Source: Telmatocola sphagniphila (GTDB lineage: Bacteria; Planctomycetota; Planctomycetia; Gemmatales; Gemmataceae). Taken from it: a stretch of 32,000 nt of DNA. The notes beneath the pieces were generated by a model. It searched no databases, was not told where the DNA came from, and saw nothing but the letters and a program-made list of their open reading frames with translations. Within the stretch, counting starts at the first letter, position 1, and the number at the start of each line of letters is the position of its first letter. A program made the position numbers and the translations under genes. The stretch lies in the NCBI RefSeq assembly GCF_018398935.1, contig NZ_CP074694.1, positions 3,450,001-3,482,000 on the forward strand. The letters are read 5' to 3'. Positions 1 to 7,295 of this stretch are shown one piece after another.

Positions 1-2
1 TC

Positions 3-395
3 GGTTATGAAAAACTCCTTCTCGAAGAGAAGGACTACATCATGATCTGGTGGCTGATTGCTGAAGTCAACAACGGTTCGTTCGCTCAGTATTTTTCCAA
101 CGAAACCGGCGACCACGCTTTGCAAGCGACGAACGCCCTAAAGCTCTCCAATGCAATTCAGGGCGCGAAGATCTTGCAAGAGGCATTGGACTTGTTTCTG
201 CCGGTTGGAGGCTATACCTCGAATTGGGAACTGCAAAACGAACTGATAAACAAGCTGGAGGAAAATTGCGATTCGCCACACGGCGCCTTTCGGGAGGTTA
301 GCGACGCGCTGCAGGATGCAGACGAGCCGATTCTTGGCCTTGCCTTGGCGAATGTCAAGCTAGCCTACATGAGACATGGCATCCAGGAAGTGTAG
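3..395 (+). CDS. DUF4375 / DMP19-like domain protein, 5' end outside the window
   Basis: The frame is open from nt 3 to the left edge, with no in-frame stop before the ATG at 42. 'WWLIAEVNNGSFAQYFSNETGDHAL' matches the EVNNGGF-QYF-N core I associate with DUF4375 (DNA-mimic DMP19 C-terminal family). Confidence 0.7.
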   Translation, partial: GYEKLLLEEKDYIMIWWLIAEVNNGSFAQYFSNETGDHALQATNALKLSNAIQGAKILQEALDLFLPVGGYTSNWELQNELINKLEENCDSPHGAFREVSDALQDADEPILGLALANVKLAYMRHGIQEV

Positions 396-511
396 TCATA
401 TCAGAGATTTGACACCGAACCAAAATCTGAAGTGATCCCTGACATCGGGACTTGGAGGCTCGCCAAAAATGCTTTGCTCACATCGACCAAGTTCGTCGAT
501 CCAATTAAACG

Positions 512-524
512 CGGCGGGTCGGAC
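512..524. repeat. Copy 1 of recurring intergenic motif CGGCG(T/G)GTCGGAC
   Basis: 'cggcgggtcggac' has 1 mismatch to the 13-mer shared exactly by 1302-1314 and 1896-1908. It lies between convergent genes. Confidence 0.6.
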
Positions 525-554
525 CGGCGTTAATTTAACCCGAAATATTTTTGC

Positions 555-971
555 TCATTCTAAACCAGACTCAATTTTTCTCTTCCACGAATTAAAATGA
601 GTTAAATCTCCTACAAAATAAAAAACATAACCCTTTGAATCCGAACCACCGGCTCGCTTTGCTATCGTGAGGTCTGAAACAGTATCAAGACTTGCGTCTG
701 GAATAGCTTCACCGTCGGCAAAAGACATGGATTTTGAGTGCCATTCATAGAGCAAATACTTATTTTTTATCCGGAGTACACCACTGTCGGGTATCTGAAG
801 ACTCACCTGATTTTGAATAATCAGGATCTCTTCCCCGAGAGGATCATCGTGGTAAATTTTTATTTCCCCTTGAAAGCCAACCGGCAATGTTACCCGCACG
901 TGGTGTCCCGCTTTATTGCAGCCGCACACTACGAGTATCAACACAAAAAACTTTAATTGGCGTATGCTCAT
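555..971 (-). CDS. Hypothetical lipoprotein
   Basis: The internal ATG at 971 gives 'MSIRQLKFFVLILVVCGCNK': a positively charged n-region, a hydrophobic core and lipobox-like L-V-V-C. The ORF-track start at 1013 would add 14 non-signal residues. Confidence 0.55.
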   Translation of the reverse strand: MSIRQLKFFVLILVVCGCNKAGHHVRVTLPVGFQGEIKIYHDDPLGEEILIIQNQVSLQIPDSGVLRIKNKYLLYEWHSKSMSFADGEAIPDASLDTVSDLTIAKRAGGSDSKGYVFYFVGDLTHFNSWKRKIESGLE

Positions 972-1301
972 GACGGCACTTCTTTGACCTCGATAAAAGT
1001 GATCGAGATCCAATCAATTCCTGAATCCTGCGAGTCTAGAACCTAATAGAGCAACTGGGCTCTCTGTGCTGTAACTTTTAATATTTTAACCCTCTGAGCT
1101 GCTGTAAGTAAATACTTTCCAACGAAATCGAAATAGGGCTCTTGGGTCGAAAACCAACTCGCTACCTTGTAAACGAAATGGATGGCCCTTGCTAAACTGG
1201 AAATTGAAGTGGATCGATTCAAATTTATTTTTTGCAAAGCGACTCGGGCATTCTCAGCGGACCAGCTACTTCGTAACCTGATGGCGGATTGAATCCGAAT
1301 G

Positions 1302-1314
1302 CGGCGTGTCGGAC
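1302..1314. repeat. Copy 2 of recurring intergenic motif CGGCGTGTCGGAC
   Basis: This 13-mer is identical to 1896-1908. Confidence 0.7.
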
Positions 1315-1433
1315 CGAGGTAGGTAGCTGCCTAAATGAAATTCAATGCTAGGATATTCTAATAGTGAGCAATCAGGTTTCATCGCAGGAGCGTTCTCAGT
1401 CACCTTCTTGTTGCCGACGCCTCCGAAGCGGAG

Positions 1434-1826
1434 GTGGTCGCATCATCCGCTGAGCCTGAGACGACCTGGGACAGCTTCTTTTGCCGTGGTCTGGATCGGC
1501 TTAAACTTGCAACCCTTTGGGCGTTGGCCGAAGCGGGCTCGGAGGATGATAGACTCGAACAGAGGCTCGACGCTATACGGACGATCCCAAATGGCGATCA
1601 AGATCCGTGGGTAGATATCGTACCTCCGAAAATGTTGGCCACACTCGCGGCAATCGCCATGATGGATGATAACGAGCAAGCATCTCTTGGGGAGAGTTGG
1701 GCCCAAACTGAAGAATTGGACGGGTGGGTAGCAACTGATGTTTTCAACTTGGTGCGGGATATCGGCGACTCCGCTGATTCCGCGCGGCTTGAAAACAAGA
1801 CGCTGCTCCTCTGGACCAGTCTATAA
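1434..1826 (+). CDS. Hypothetical acidic protein (GTG start; may be a gene fragment)
   Basis: This 130-aa ORF has protein-like, D/E-rich composition. There is no ATG upstream in frame; the first standard start is GTG at 1434, directly abutting GGAG. The overlapping ORFs in other frames look like shadows. Confidence 0.4.
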   Translation: MVASSAEPETTWDSFFCRGLDRLKLATLWALAEAGSEDDRLEQRLDAIRTIPNGDQDPWVDIVPPKMLATLAAIAMMDDNEQASLGESWAQTEELDGWVATDVFNLVRDIGDSADSARLENKTLLLWTSL

Positions 1827-1895
1827 GGCGGTCGTATTCAGAGAATCGCTGTGTGATCCAGAATCACCGATACCGATTGTTTGAAGAACTCAACA

Positions 1896-1908
1896 CGGCG
1901 TGTCGGAC
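1896..1908. repeat. Copy 3 of recurring intergenic motif CGGCGTGTCGGAC
   Basis: This 13-mer is identical to 1302-1314. Confidence 0.7.
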
Positions 1909-2001
1909 TGGAATGCTGGTCGAATCAAAATTGCTCCGGCATTAAAGTATATCCGATTTCCAATCGGATGATCCACAACCAGAAGGGATCGTATCAATCC
2001 A

Positions 2002-2370
2002 ATGAGCAACAGGTGCAGGCGAATTTTATCATTTCTTTTTATTGCTGCCCCTATGATGTCGACAGTATGGACTTTGCTTTTCTACAGCTTTTTCTTTCGG
2101 CTTTGGACAATCTTGGGACATATTCCGGATGGTAAGCCAGAACGTATTAAGGCTGGCTTGGAGCACGGGATTCACGATCAAATGCTTGCCAAGGGTCTAA
2201 TCATCCTTTCACTCGTTTTATTCACTTGGCCTATGATCTGCATTGCTGCCATCCGCTTTAAAGTAATCGGTTTCCGATTGGCTTGCCTCATCTCGGTAGG
2301 ATGGTTGCCGATGTTGTTCGTCTTTGTGGAAGATCCGAATGGATTGTTTTGGGGCGTCTACTTTGATTGA
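2002..2370 (+). CDS. Hypothetical small integral membrane protein
   Basis: ATG start. There are three to four long hydrophobic stretches: 'ILSFLFIAAPMMSTVWTLLFYSFFF', 'GLIILSLVLFTWPMICIAAI' and 'LACLISVGWLPMLFVFV'. Confidence 0.5.
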   Translation: MSNRCRRILSFLFIAAPMMSTVWTLLFYSFFFRLWTILGHIPDGKPERIKAGLEHGIHDQMLAKGLIILSLVLFTWPMICIAAIRFKVIGFRLACLISVGWLPMLFVFVEDPNGLFWGVYFD

Positions 2371-2429
2371 AAAGCGAAACGTTTAAGTTTAAATAACTTT
2401 TTCACTGGCTTCTTCAAGGCAAGTGCAAG

Positions 2430-2442
2430 CGGCGTATCGGCC
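2430..2442. repeat. Copy 4 (degenerate) of the recurring intergenic motif
   Basis: 'cggcgtatcggcc' has 2 mismatches to the 13-mer and is again intergenic. Confidence 0.4.
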
Positions 2443-2555
2443 CCATGGCGGGAAGGACAAGCGGAAAGCCTGACAAATCTGAATGAGTTTCGTATAAATT
2501 GACAAGAATTCGACCATGCGGTCGGGAACCTCAATTCCAAAAATGAACGGGGCAC

Positions 2556-2939
2556 TTATTTCGCGCTTGTAGGATCATCGAACAATCTCTCATAGCATCT
2601 TGCTGCGAGACGCTTTGCGGCAAGTAACCGTTTCCGTATCGGTTCGGAGCGTCTTTCCGAACGCAACCCCGGCCAATCTGGAGCATGCTTTTCTACTTGT
2701 TGCCAAATTCCCTGGAATCGTGGCGTGGATTCTCCAAGAGTTATGTCATGTCGGGCTGCTATGAGAAATCGGTTCAAGGCTCTTGCCGATACCAGAAACC
2801 ATTCAGAAGTTCCTAGAGTTGGAAATTCGTCTGACCAGAGCATCCCTCCAGCCAAATGCTCGAAGCAGTGGGTCGCATTCGGGTCAAAAGGCATACGATT
2901 TAGAACTTGGAGTGCCTCATCGGAAAACTGGTCAAGCAT
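2556..2939 (-). CDS. Hypothetical protein
   Basis: 127 aa from the ATG at 2939; the track start at 2942 is a TTG one codon upstream. Composition is protein-like and I recognise no family. Confidence 0.5.
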   Translation of the reverse strand: MLDQFSDEALQVLNRMPFDPNATHCFEHLAGGMLWSDEFPTLGTSEWFLVSARALNRFLIAARHDITLGESTPRFQGIWQQVEKHAPDWPGLRSERRSEPIRKRLLAAKRLAARCYERLFDDPTSAK

Positions 2940-3113
2940 CAAAATGCTGCTTTTCCACGAATGATAAATTACTTACACATTCAAATTATTTATCGACGGC
3001 TAGTAATTTGGTGCCGGCATAGGATCTCCCGTCGGTCGGAGTGTTGAGCCCGAAGAAGGTTGCGTGACAAATCATCGAGAGTTTTTTTTCATTCACCGAA
3101 AATTCGATCGCTA

Positions 3114-3731
3114 TCAAATACGAGACCCTTTGATTAATGCTTCGAAGTAACGGGCAACCTCTTTCTCCAAATTTTTAACCTTCTCGAATTGGCCCGATTT
3201 GAGCCATGCTCCACCGCCGGTCGTTAGATAACAAAGCAGGTCTCCTGAGAACGTATCGAGAAACGGAACAGCTTCGGCTGGATTTACCGACCCCTCAGGA
3301 TCGACCCAGATACCCATTTCAGAGATGGGACCTAGACCTTCCGCTGAATGCAGTCCACCAGCCATACCAAACCCATTCTCGAGGAATATTCCTATGACGC
3401 TATAAATAGATCGTAGGAAGTCGGGCATATCTTTTCGCAGTCGTTTCCCTCGAGGCAGACTAATTGTCGGCTCACCCTGCCAATGAAATCGAAAGTAAGG
3501 ACGGTAGGGTCGATCTCCGGACGAATGGAATTGTAAATCATATCCGCTCTCAGCACAATTCCCTAATAGCTTTCGAAGCCACTTTGGAGATTCGCCTGCG
3601 CCTAGCGTGGCGAAATATTCCGGCCCCGTTCGGATGGCCTGAATGTCCTGTTTCGTTAATACGCTTCGGAATTCAGGTGGAAGTTCTTCAATCTCTGGCC
3701 CATGAACAGTAGCTGTTCGAAAAATATGCAT
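3114..3731 (-). CDS. Hypothetical protein (weak SUKH/SMI1-KNR4-like impression only)
   Basis: 'MHIFRTATVHGPEIEELPPEF...' starts at the ATG at 3731. The 290-aa track ORF extends upstream into the duplicated non-coding segment, and that extension is not protein-like. Confidence 0.6.
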   Translation of the reverse strand: MHIFRTATVHGPEIEELPPEFRSVLTKQDIQAIRTGPEYFATLGAGESPKWLRKLLGNCAESGYDLQFHSSGDRPYRPYFRFHWQGEPTISLPRGKRLRKDMPDFLRSIYSVIGIFLENGFGMAGGLHSAEGLGPISEMGIWVDPEGSVNPAEAVPFLDTFSGDLLCYLTTGGGAWLKSGQFEKVKNLEKEVARYFEALIKGSRI

Positions 3732-3789
3732 TGCGCACCTTGCATTGTGGAATGCTCGTAAAATTTTATTATTTAATAAGATAATTTGT

Positions 3790-4239
3790 ATCGGATATAA
3801 GACAAACAAAAAGCTATTTTTCGATTGGGATTGCTTCCAAAAGTGCCGCGGGATTTCTTCTCCGACCCGGAAATCTCTCCTCATTGTAGTCAGCTTCCTG
3901 GTACTGGTTGCCCGAAAGATCGGGAACCGGAAAAAGCTTCGGTCCTCATCGAGAGACGATGTTGAACGATGAAATCGGTCACACACGGCTCGAGTTAGCC
4001 AGTTAGATTGATTCCGCTCTGACAGATAGCCGTTATCATCCGTTGCCCGCTAATCCCACCTCTACTTCGAACTTGGCAACGCCGGTAAGCTCGTTTCCCA
4101 CTTGATCAGTTTCTCGCGAATTTCCTTGAGGATTTCGGGGTGCTGATAGGCCAGATTCTTCCGCTCCCCGATATCGTTCGCAAGATCGAATAGCAATTCC
4201 GATTCGCGGTCAAAAATGTATTTCCAGTTCCCGTATCGA
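3790..4239. repeat. Copy 1 of a 450-bp direct repeat (partner 13071-13520)
   Basis: It aligns base-for-base at an offset of 9281. I see only 5 substitutions (3795, 3827, 3881, 3882, 3884); the remaining ~355 nt read as identical. Confidence 0.95.
4062..4239 (-). pseudogene. Truncated 3' fragment of the sulfatase gene (last 59 codons plus stop)
   Basis: 'RYGNWKYIFDRESELLFDLANDIGERKNLAYQHPEILKEIREKLIKWETSLPALPSSK' is identical to the C-terminus of 13343..14638. Homology stops abruptly at 4239/4240. Confidence 0.9.
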
Positions 4240-4245
4240 GTCGAC

Positions 4246-4263
4246 GGGTGACACTGGCACCCC
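4246..4263. repeat. REP-like imperfect palindrome GGGTGACACTGGCACCCC
   Basis: It shares GGGTG...CACTGG/GCACCC with the other REP-like copies around the RAYT pseudogene. It sits at the breakpoint of the sulfatase fragment. Confidence 0.55.
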
Positions 4264-4300
4264 ATCTCAATAATCGCAAGTCCCTGTACAATCTAGACTT

Positions 4301-4330
4301 GGGTGGCACTGTCTACCTGACAGTGCCATT
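4301..4330. repeat. REP-like hairpin (GGGTGGCACTGTC-tacct-GACAGTGCCA)
   Basis: A 10-bp perfect stem (4304-4313 pairing with 4319-4328) with a 5-nt loop. GGGTGGCACTG is the exact reverse complement of CAGTGCCACCC at 5221-5231 and 5276-5286. Confidence 0.75.
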
Positions 4331-4367
4331 TAGAAATCATCGATTTTCAACAACAAATCACCTTATT

Positions 4368-4992
4368 TCAACCCAGAAGGAATTCACGTCCCTGAAAGTC
4401 GTACCCACGCCAATCTCCAGGAAGACCATGAATAACTGGCAAATCTTGATCTCGTTCTTCCGGACTTTGCTGTGTGTAAAACTTGGCTGAGGACCACTTC
4501 CAGTCCATGACTCGCTCGCATAGCCCTTTTCGTACCGGATTGGCATGAATATAGGCTATCGAGTGGCATACAGCCTCCCTGGTAAAAAGGTTTCTGTCAT
4601 AGCCAGGTCCCTCTTGCCAGAGGCAAACAGAACTTGCCGGGCCGTTCGCGTACCATCATCTTTTCGAGTAATGGCGAACCAATTTCTATTAAATTGTCTT
4701 TCACAAATCCGGAGAATCGTCGCTTGAATCGTGCTTGGAATCCAGCCAAATCGGGTGATTTTTCCAGGGGTTAGACGAGCAAGTGGATATGGTCCGGCAT
4801 GAAAACGAATGCCACCAGTTGCAAACGAAGTTCGTCGGCCGCAACATCGATGCACCGTGCGAGATGCTTCAAGCGATCATCACCCTCAAGAACTGGAAAG
4901 CAACGATAGATTGAAAAGGTCAGTTCATGAAAATCGCCCGCTTGGTAGCGACGTTCGAATGTCTTACGACGAGCGATGCGTTTCGACATCAA
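4368..4992 (-). pseudogene. REP-associated tyrosine transposase (RAYT, IS200-like Y1/HUH family), inactivated
   Basis: The N-terminal ORF ends '...FMPDHIHLLV' (HUH motif) at an in-frame TAA (4771-4773). The same frame continues 'PLEKSPDLAGFQARFKRRFSGFVKDNLIEIGSPLLEKMMVRERPGKFC'. A 1-nt frame change near 4620 is then needed to read 'WQEGPGYDRNLFTREAVCHSIAYIHANPVRKGLCERVMDWKWSSAKFY...' (catalytic-Tyr 'YIHANP' motif), which stops at 4368-4370. Confidence 0.8.
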
Positions 4993-5202
4993 ATCATCCT
5001 AAACCTCTTCGGAATTGAAGTGCAATAAAATTTTTAGAGCCCGAACGTCGAGAAAGTTAATAGCTCCCTGCTGGGGCATTCAAATGGTTATGTGCTGATA
5101 TGAAATTTCGATGGCTTGATCTGTCCGTGCGAACAGCCTATTTTTCGGGCAGATAAATAGAATTCAGGAAATTGGGATTAGGTTTTGGTATCATTGTTCT
5201 TT

Positions 5203-5231
5203 CCGGCACTGGCAAATAGCCAGTGCCACCC
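5203..5231. repeat. REP-like hairpin (GGCACTGGC-aaata-GCCAGTGCC) followed by ACCC
   Basis: A 9-bp perfect stem (5205-5213 pairing with 5219-5227). It is in inverted orientation relative to the hairpin at 4301-4330, on the other side of the RAYT pseudogene. Confidence 0.75.
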
Positions 5232-5274
5232 AAAACATTACCTGACAATGACTTACGGTGATTCTAAAGGGTTA

Positions 5275-5286
5275 CCAGTGCCACCC
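5275..5286. repeat. REP-like half-site CCAGTGCCACCC
   Basis: This is a second exact copy of CAGTGCCACCC, 9 nt from the IS1380-family terminus. Confidence 0.6.
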
Positions 5287-5294
5287 GCCGCTTA

Positions 5295-7162
5295 ACCTAG
5301 ACCTCAAACAAGCGAAGTTTTTGATGCCAATTCCGTGGGGAGTTTTAGCGAGATAGTTCGATGAGTCCCCCACGCCGGAGCTTTTCGCTCGGCCGAACGC
5401 ATACTTCTATTTTTCAAACATTCTTCCTTTCCGCGAATAGCTCTCGGCGTTTTATCGGATCGGGACATCCGGATCCCGACTTCAGTCGGTCGAACGATCA
5501 GCACCTCAGTGCTTTCAGTAGTCGGAAGAAGATTGGCAAGTGCGGGTTCCAGCCGAGCAATCGATAGACGATGCGGCCGGCCTTCCGGACGATCTGACAA
5601 GGCAGAAGCATGAAAGCATTGAGGAAGGTTTTGAATTCCATTTTCAAAACCGACTGCTTCTGGTCCCGATGCTTTTCCCGCCAGCGACCAGGAGTTTCCG
5701 GCAACGTCAAGGCCCACCAGGCTTTCAAGTTCCAGGCCAGGGAGGCCATCACCATGTACGCCCAATTGCTTTCCAGATCGTGCAGCGGCGCGTGCAAGGC
5801 CCGGCAACCGCCCTTGAGCTGCGCTATCAGATTTTCCTGATTGCAGCGATCGTTGGCTTCGTAGACGACTTCCGCGGCCGTGCACTCCCGGTCGTTGGTG
5901 ATGTAGAAGAAATAGCGTTCGTCCGGATACAGAACGGATTCGCCTTTTTCCACGGAAAGATTCTTGCGAATCACCACCAGGCGATACGCCCTTCGGCAAG
6001 CGGTCGGTTGGTACTCGAACTCGGCCACCGCTTCGGAGATCAACTTCACATTTACGAATTCCCGCTCTTGGACGATCCGCTCCTTGGTGTTTTCCCGTCG
6101 GTGTCGCAACTTCGCTTTCGCCGAGTATTGCGCGGGACGCTCGAGCTTGTGCCAAGCCGCTTCCGGCAGGTTTTCCGCGATTGCTTCGAGGTTTTGCTTC
6201 GAATCGTAGCCGAAATAAAAGCGTACCTTGGCGTTGGCATCCCAGCCGTCGAGGCGAGTGGTCTGCGAGAAATCGGTGTCGCCGCGAAAGACGATCCTGC
6301 GAAAGCCCGCTTGAAGGCACAGCAAAAGAGCCCGGTCGAGTTCGACCGCGGCCCCTTCGTGCGAAGGGCGATTGCCGGGACGGTTGACGATGCTCAGCGT
6401 CTCACCGGTGTTGGCCAGGGTCACCGCCAGGGGGTGGTAACACCAGTCTCTGTTATAGTTGATGTCCATCCCCGCTTTACGCTCGCCACGCGTTTGGGTA
6501 AAGCTGCCGTCGGCGTCGATCTTCGCGCATTCCCAAAAGGAATCGGGTTGCTTCGACCAGACGCGTAAACGGGTCTGGTTGAAAGCGTCGATCAAAGCCT
6601 GGATGCTGCCACTATCGAAGCGTCGACAAAAGTCGCCCGAAGTAGTCGGGTCGGGAAAACGCTGAGTGCCCAAGGCGTTGAGAAAGTTTTCGTCCGTGCG
6701 ACGCAGTTCCATGTCTTGCAGGCAGGTACCCCCGCAAAGGGAATTGTAAGCGATGGCCAACACGTGGTCCGATTCCGAGTAAGGCCTTTGAAATTGGAGC
6801 AGATGCAGCTTCTCGTCGATGTCGTCGATCAGTCCGATACGCCGGGCCAGAAGGTGCATGGCCCCGAGGCCTCCGCAACTGATCGCCCCCACGCGTTCGG
6901 AGACTTCGTAATGAATGTTGGAGGCGTCGAAAGAAGGAGCGAAGGTCATCGCGGCCTCTCGCTTAGCCAGGCGACGTTCGATTCGACTCTTGCATTTTTG
7001 AAACCAACGTCCGAAAATAACATTCACTCGAAACTCCTTTTTGCGACTGTCGATTTGTTAAGCGGTTACTTACACAAACCGCAGAAAACAAAAAGGATTT
7101 CGAGCTTTCTTCGATAAATCGAAACAATTCCCCAAAAAACTACGCTGTTTTAAGGCCTAGAT
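5295..7162 (-). mobile_element. IS1380-family insertion sequence (~1.87 kb)
   Basis: It carries a single transposase gene and imperfect terminal inverted repeats. The left end is 'ACCTAGACCTCAAACAAGCGAAGTTTTT'; the reverse complement of the right end is 'ATCTAGGCCTTAAAACAGCGTAGTTTTT'. The CCTAGA-type terminus resembles the ISEcp1 IR as I remember it. No direct repeat flanks the IS itself (GCTTA versus TTTGT). Confidence 0.7.
5498..7027 (-). CDS. IS1380-family DDE transposase
   Basis: 509-aa ORF with a GTG start at 7027; an alternative ATG at 6949 is preceded by GAGAGG. The N-terminal region 'GGLGAMHLLARRIGLIDDIDEKL...SESDHVLAIAYNSLCGGTCLQDMELRRTDENFLNALGTQRFPDPTTSGDFCRRF' fits the IS1380 (DDE_Tnp_1_4-type) pattern. 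Confidence 0.85.
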   Translation of the reverse strand: MNVIFGRWFQKCKSRIERRLAKREAAMTFAPSFDASNIHYEVSERVGAISCGGLGAMHLLARRIGLIDDIDEKLHLLQFQRPYSESDHVLAIAYNSLCGGTCLQDMELRRTDENFLNALGTQRFPDPTTSGDFCRRFDSGSIQALIDAFNQTRLRVWSKQPDSFWECAKIDADGSFTQTRGERKAGMDINYNRDWCYHPLAVTLANTGETLSIVNRPGNRPSHEGAAVELDRALLLCLQAGFRRIVFRGDTDFSQTTRLDGWDANAKVRFYFGYDSKQNLEAIAENLPEAAWHKLERPAQYSAKAKLRHRRENTKERIVQEREFVNVKLISEAVAEFEYQPTACRRAYRLVVIRKNLSVEKGESVLYPDERYFFYITNDRECTAAEVVYEANDRCNQENLIAQLKGGCRALHAPLHDLESNWAYMVMASLAWNLKAWWALTLPETPGRWREKHRDQKQSVLKMEFKTFLNAFMLLPCQIVRKAGRIVYRLLGWNPHLPIFFRLLKALRC

Positions 7163-7267
7163 TTTGTCCGTCAATAAAAAGTAACCCAGCACGTGCAACG
7201 CTAGGAAATGCCATTTGCGGTGATTCAACATCAGGTGACATTTTTGCGACTTTTTTCAGGTTTGATA

Positions 7268-7295
7268 TTGATTTAGAGTTTTTCGTGGTTATAAT
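7268..7295 (+). promoter_or_regulatory. Sigma70-like promoter candidate (TTGATT-16 nt-TATAAT)
   Basis: TTGATT lies at 7268-7273 and TATAAT at 7290-7295, inside a 540-bp AT-rich ORF-free stretch upstream of 7702. Planctomycete promoter rules are poorly known, so this is weak. Confidence 0.25.

Noticed and set aside
1043-1237. 64-aa TTG-initiated ORF upstream of the lipoprotein gene; also 1345..1614 and 1881..2135
   Set aside because: They are short, use non-ATG starts or overlap better-supported frames, and have unconvincing composition. They may be wrong calls either way.
3030-3045. Possible fifth copy of the intergenic 13-mer ('cgtcggtcggagtg')
   Set aside because: Only GTCGGA is shared, which is too weak to count.
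3745-3972. ORFs inside the duplicated non-coding part (3745..3972 +, 12987..13253 +, 13022..13267 -)
   Set aside because: Both strands are open by chance, and the translations are low-complexity with R/S/K runs. The two copies differ by substitutions that do not respect either frame in an obvious way. I also looked here for tmRNA, RNase P, riboswitch and group II intron domain V features ('GAGCCGTGTGTGAC'). I found no matching complementary arm or conserved core.
3732-3986. N-terminal 85-aa extension of the 290-aa track ORF 3114..3986
   Set aside because: The extension runs into the duplicated non-coding segment and has non-protein-like composition (R/S/F-rich). A good ATG exists at 3731, where the AT-rich promoter-like region begins.
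5304-6568. Long ORFs 5304..6320 (-) and 5540..6568 (+) overlapping the IS1380 transposase
   Set aside because: These are alternative-frame and antisense shadows of the 509-aa transposase ORF in GC-rich sequence. The translations are R/G/P/S-rich with no motifs.
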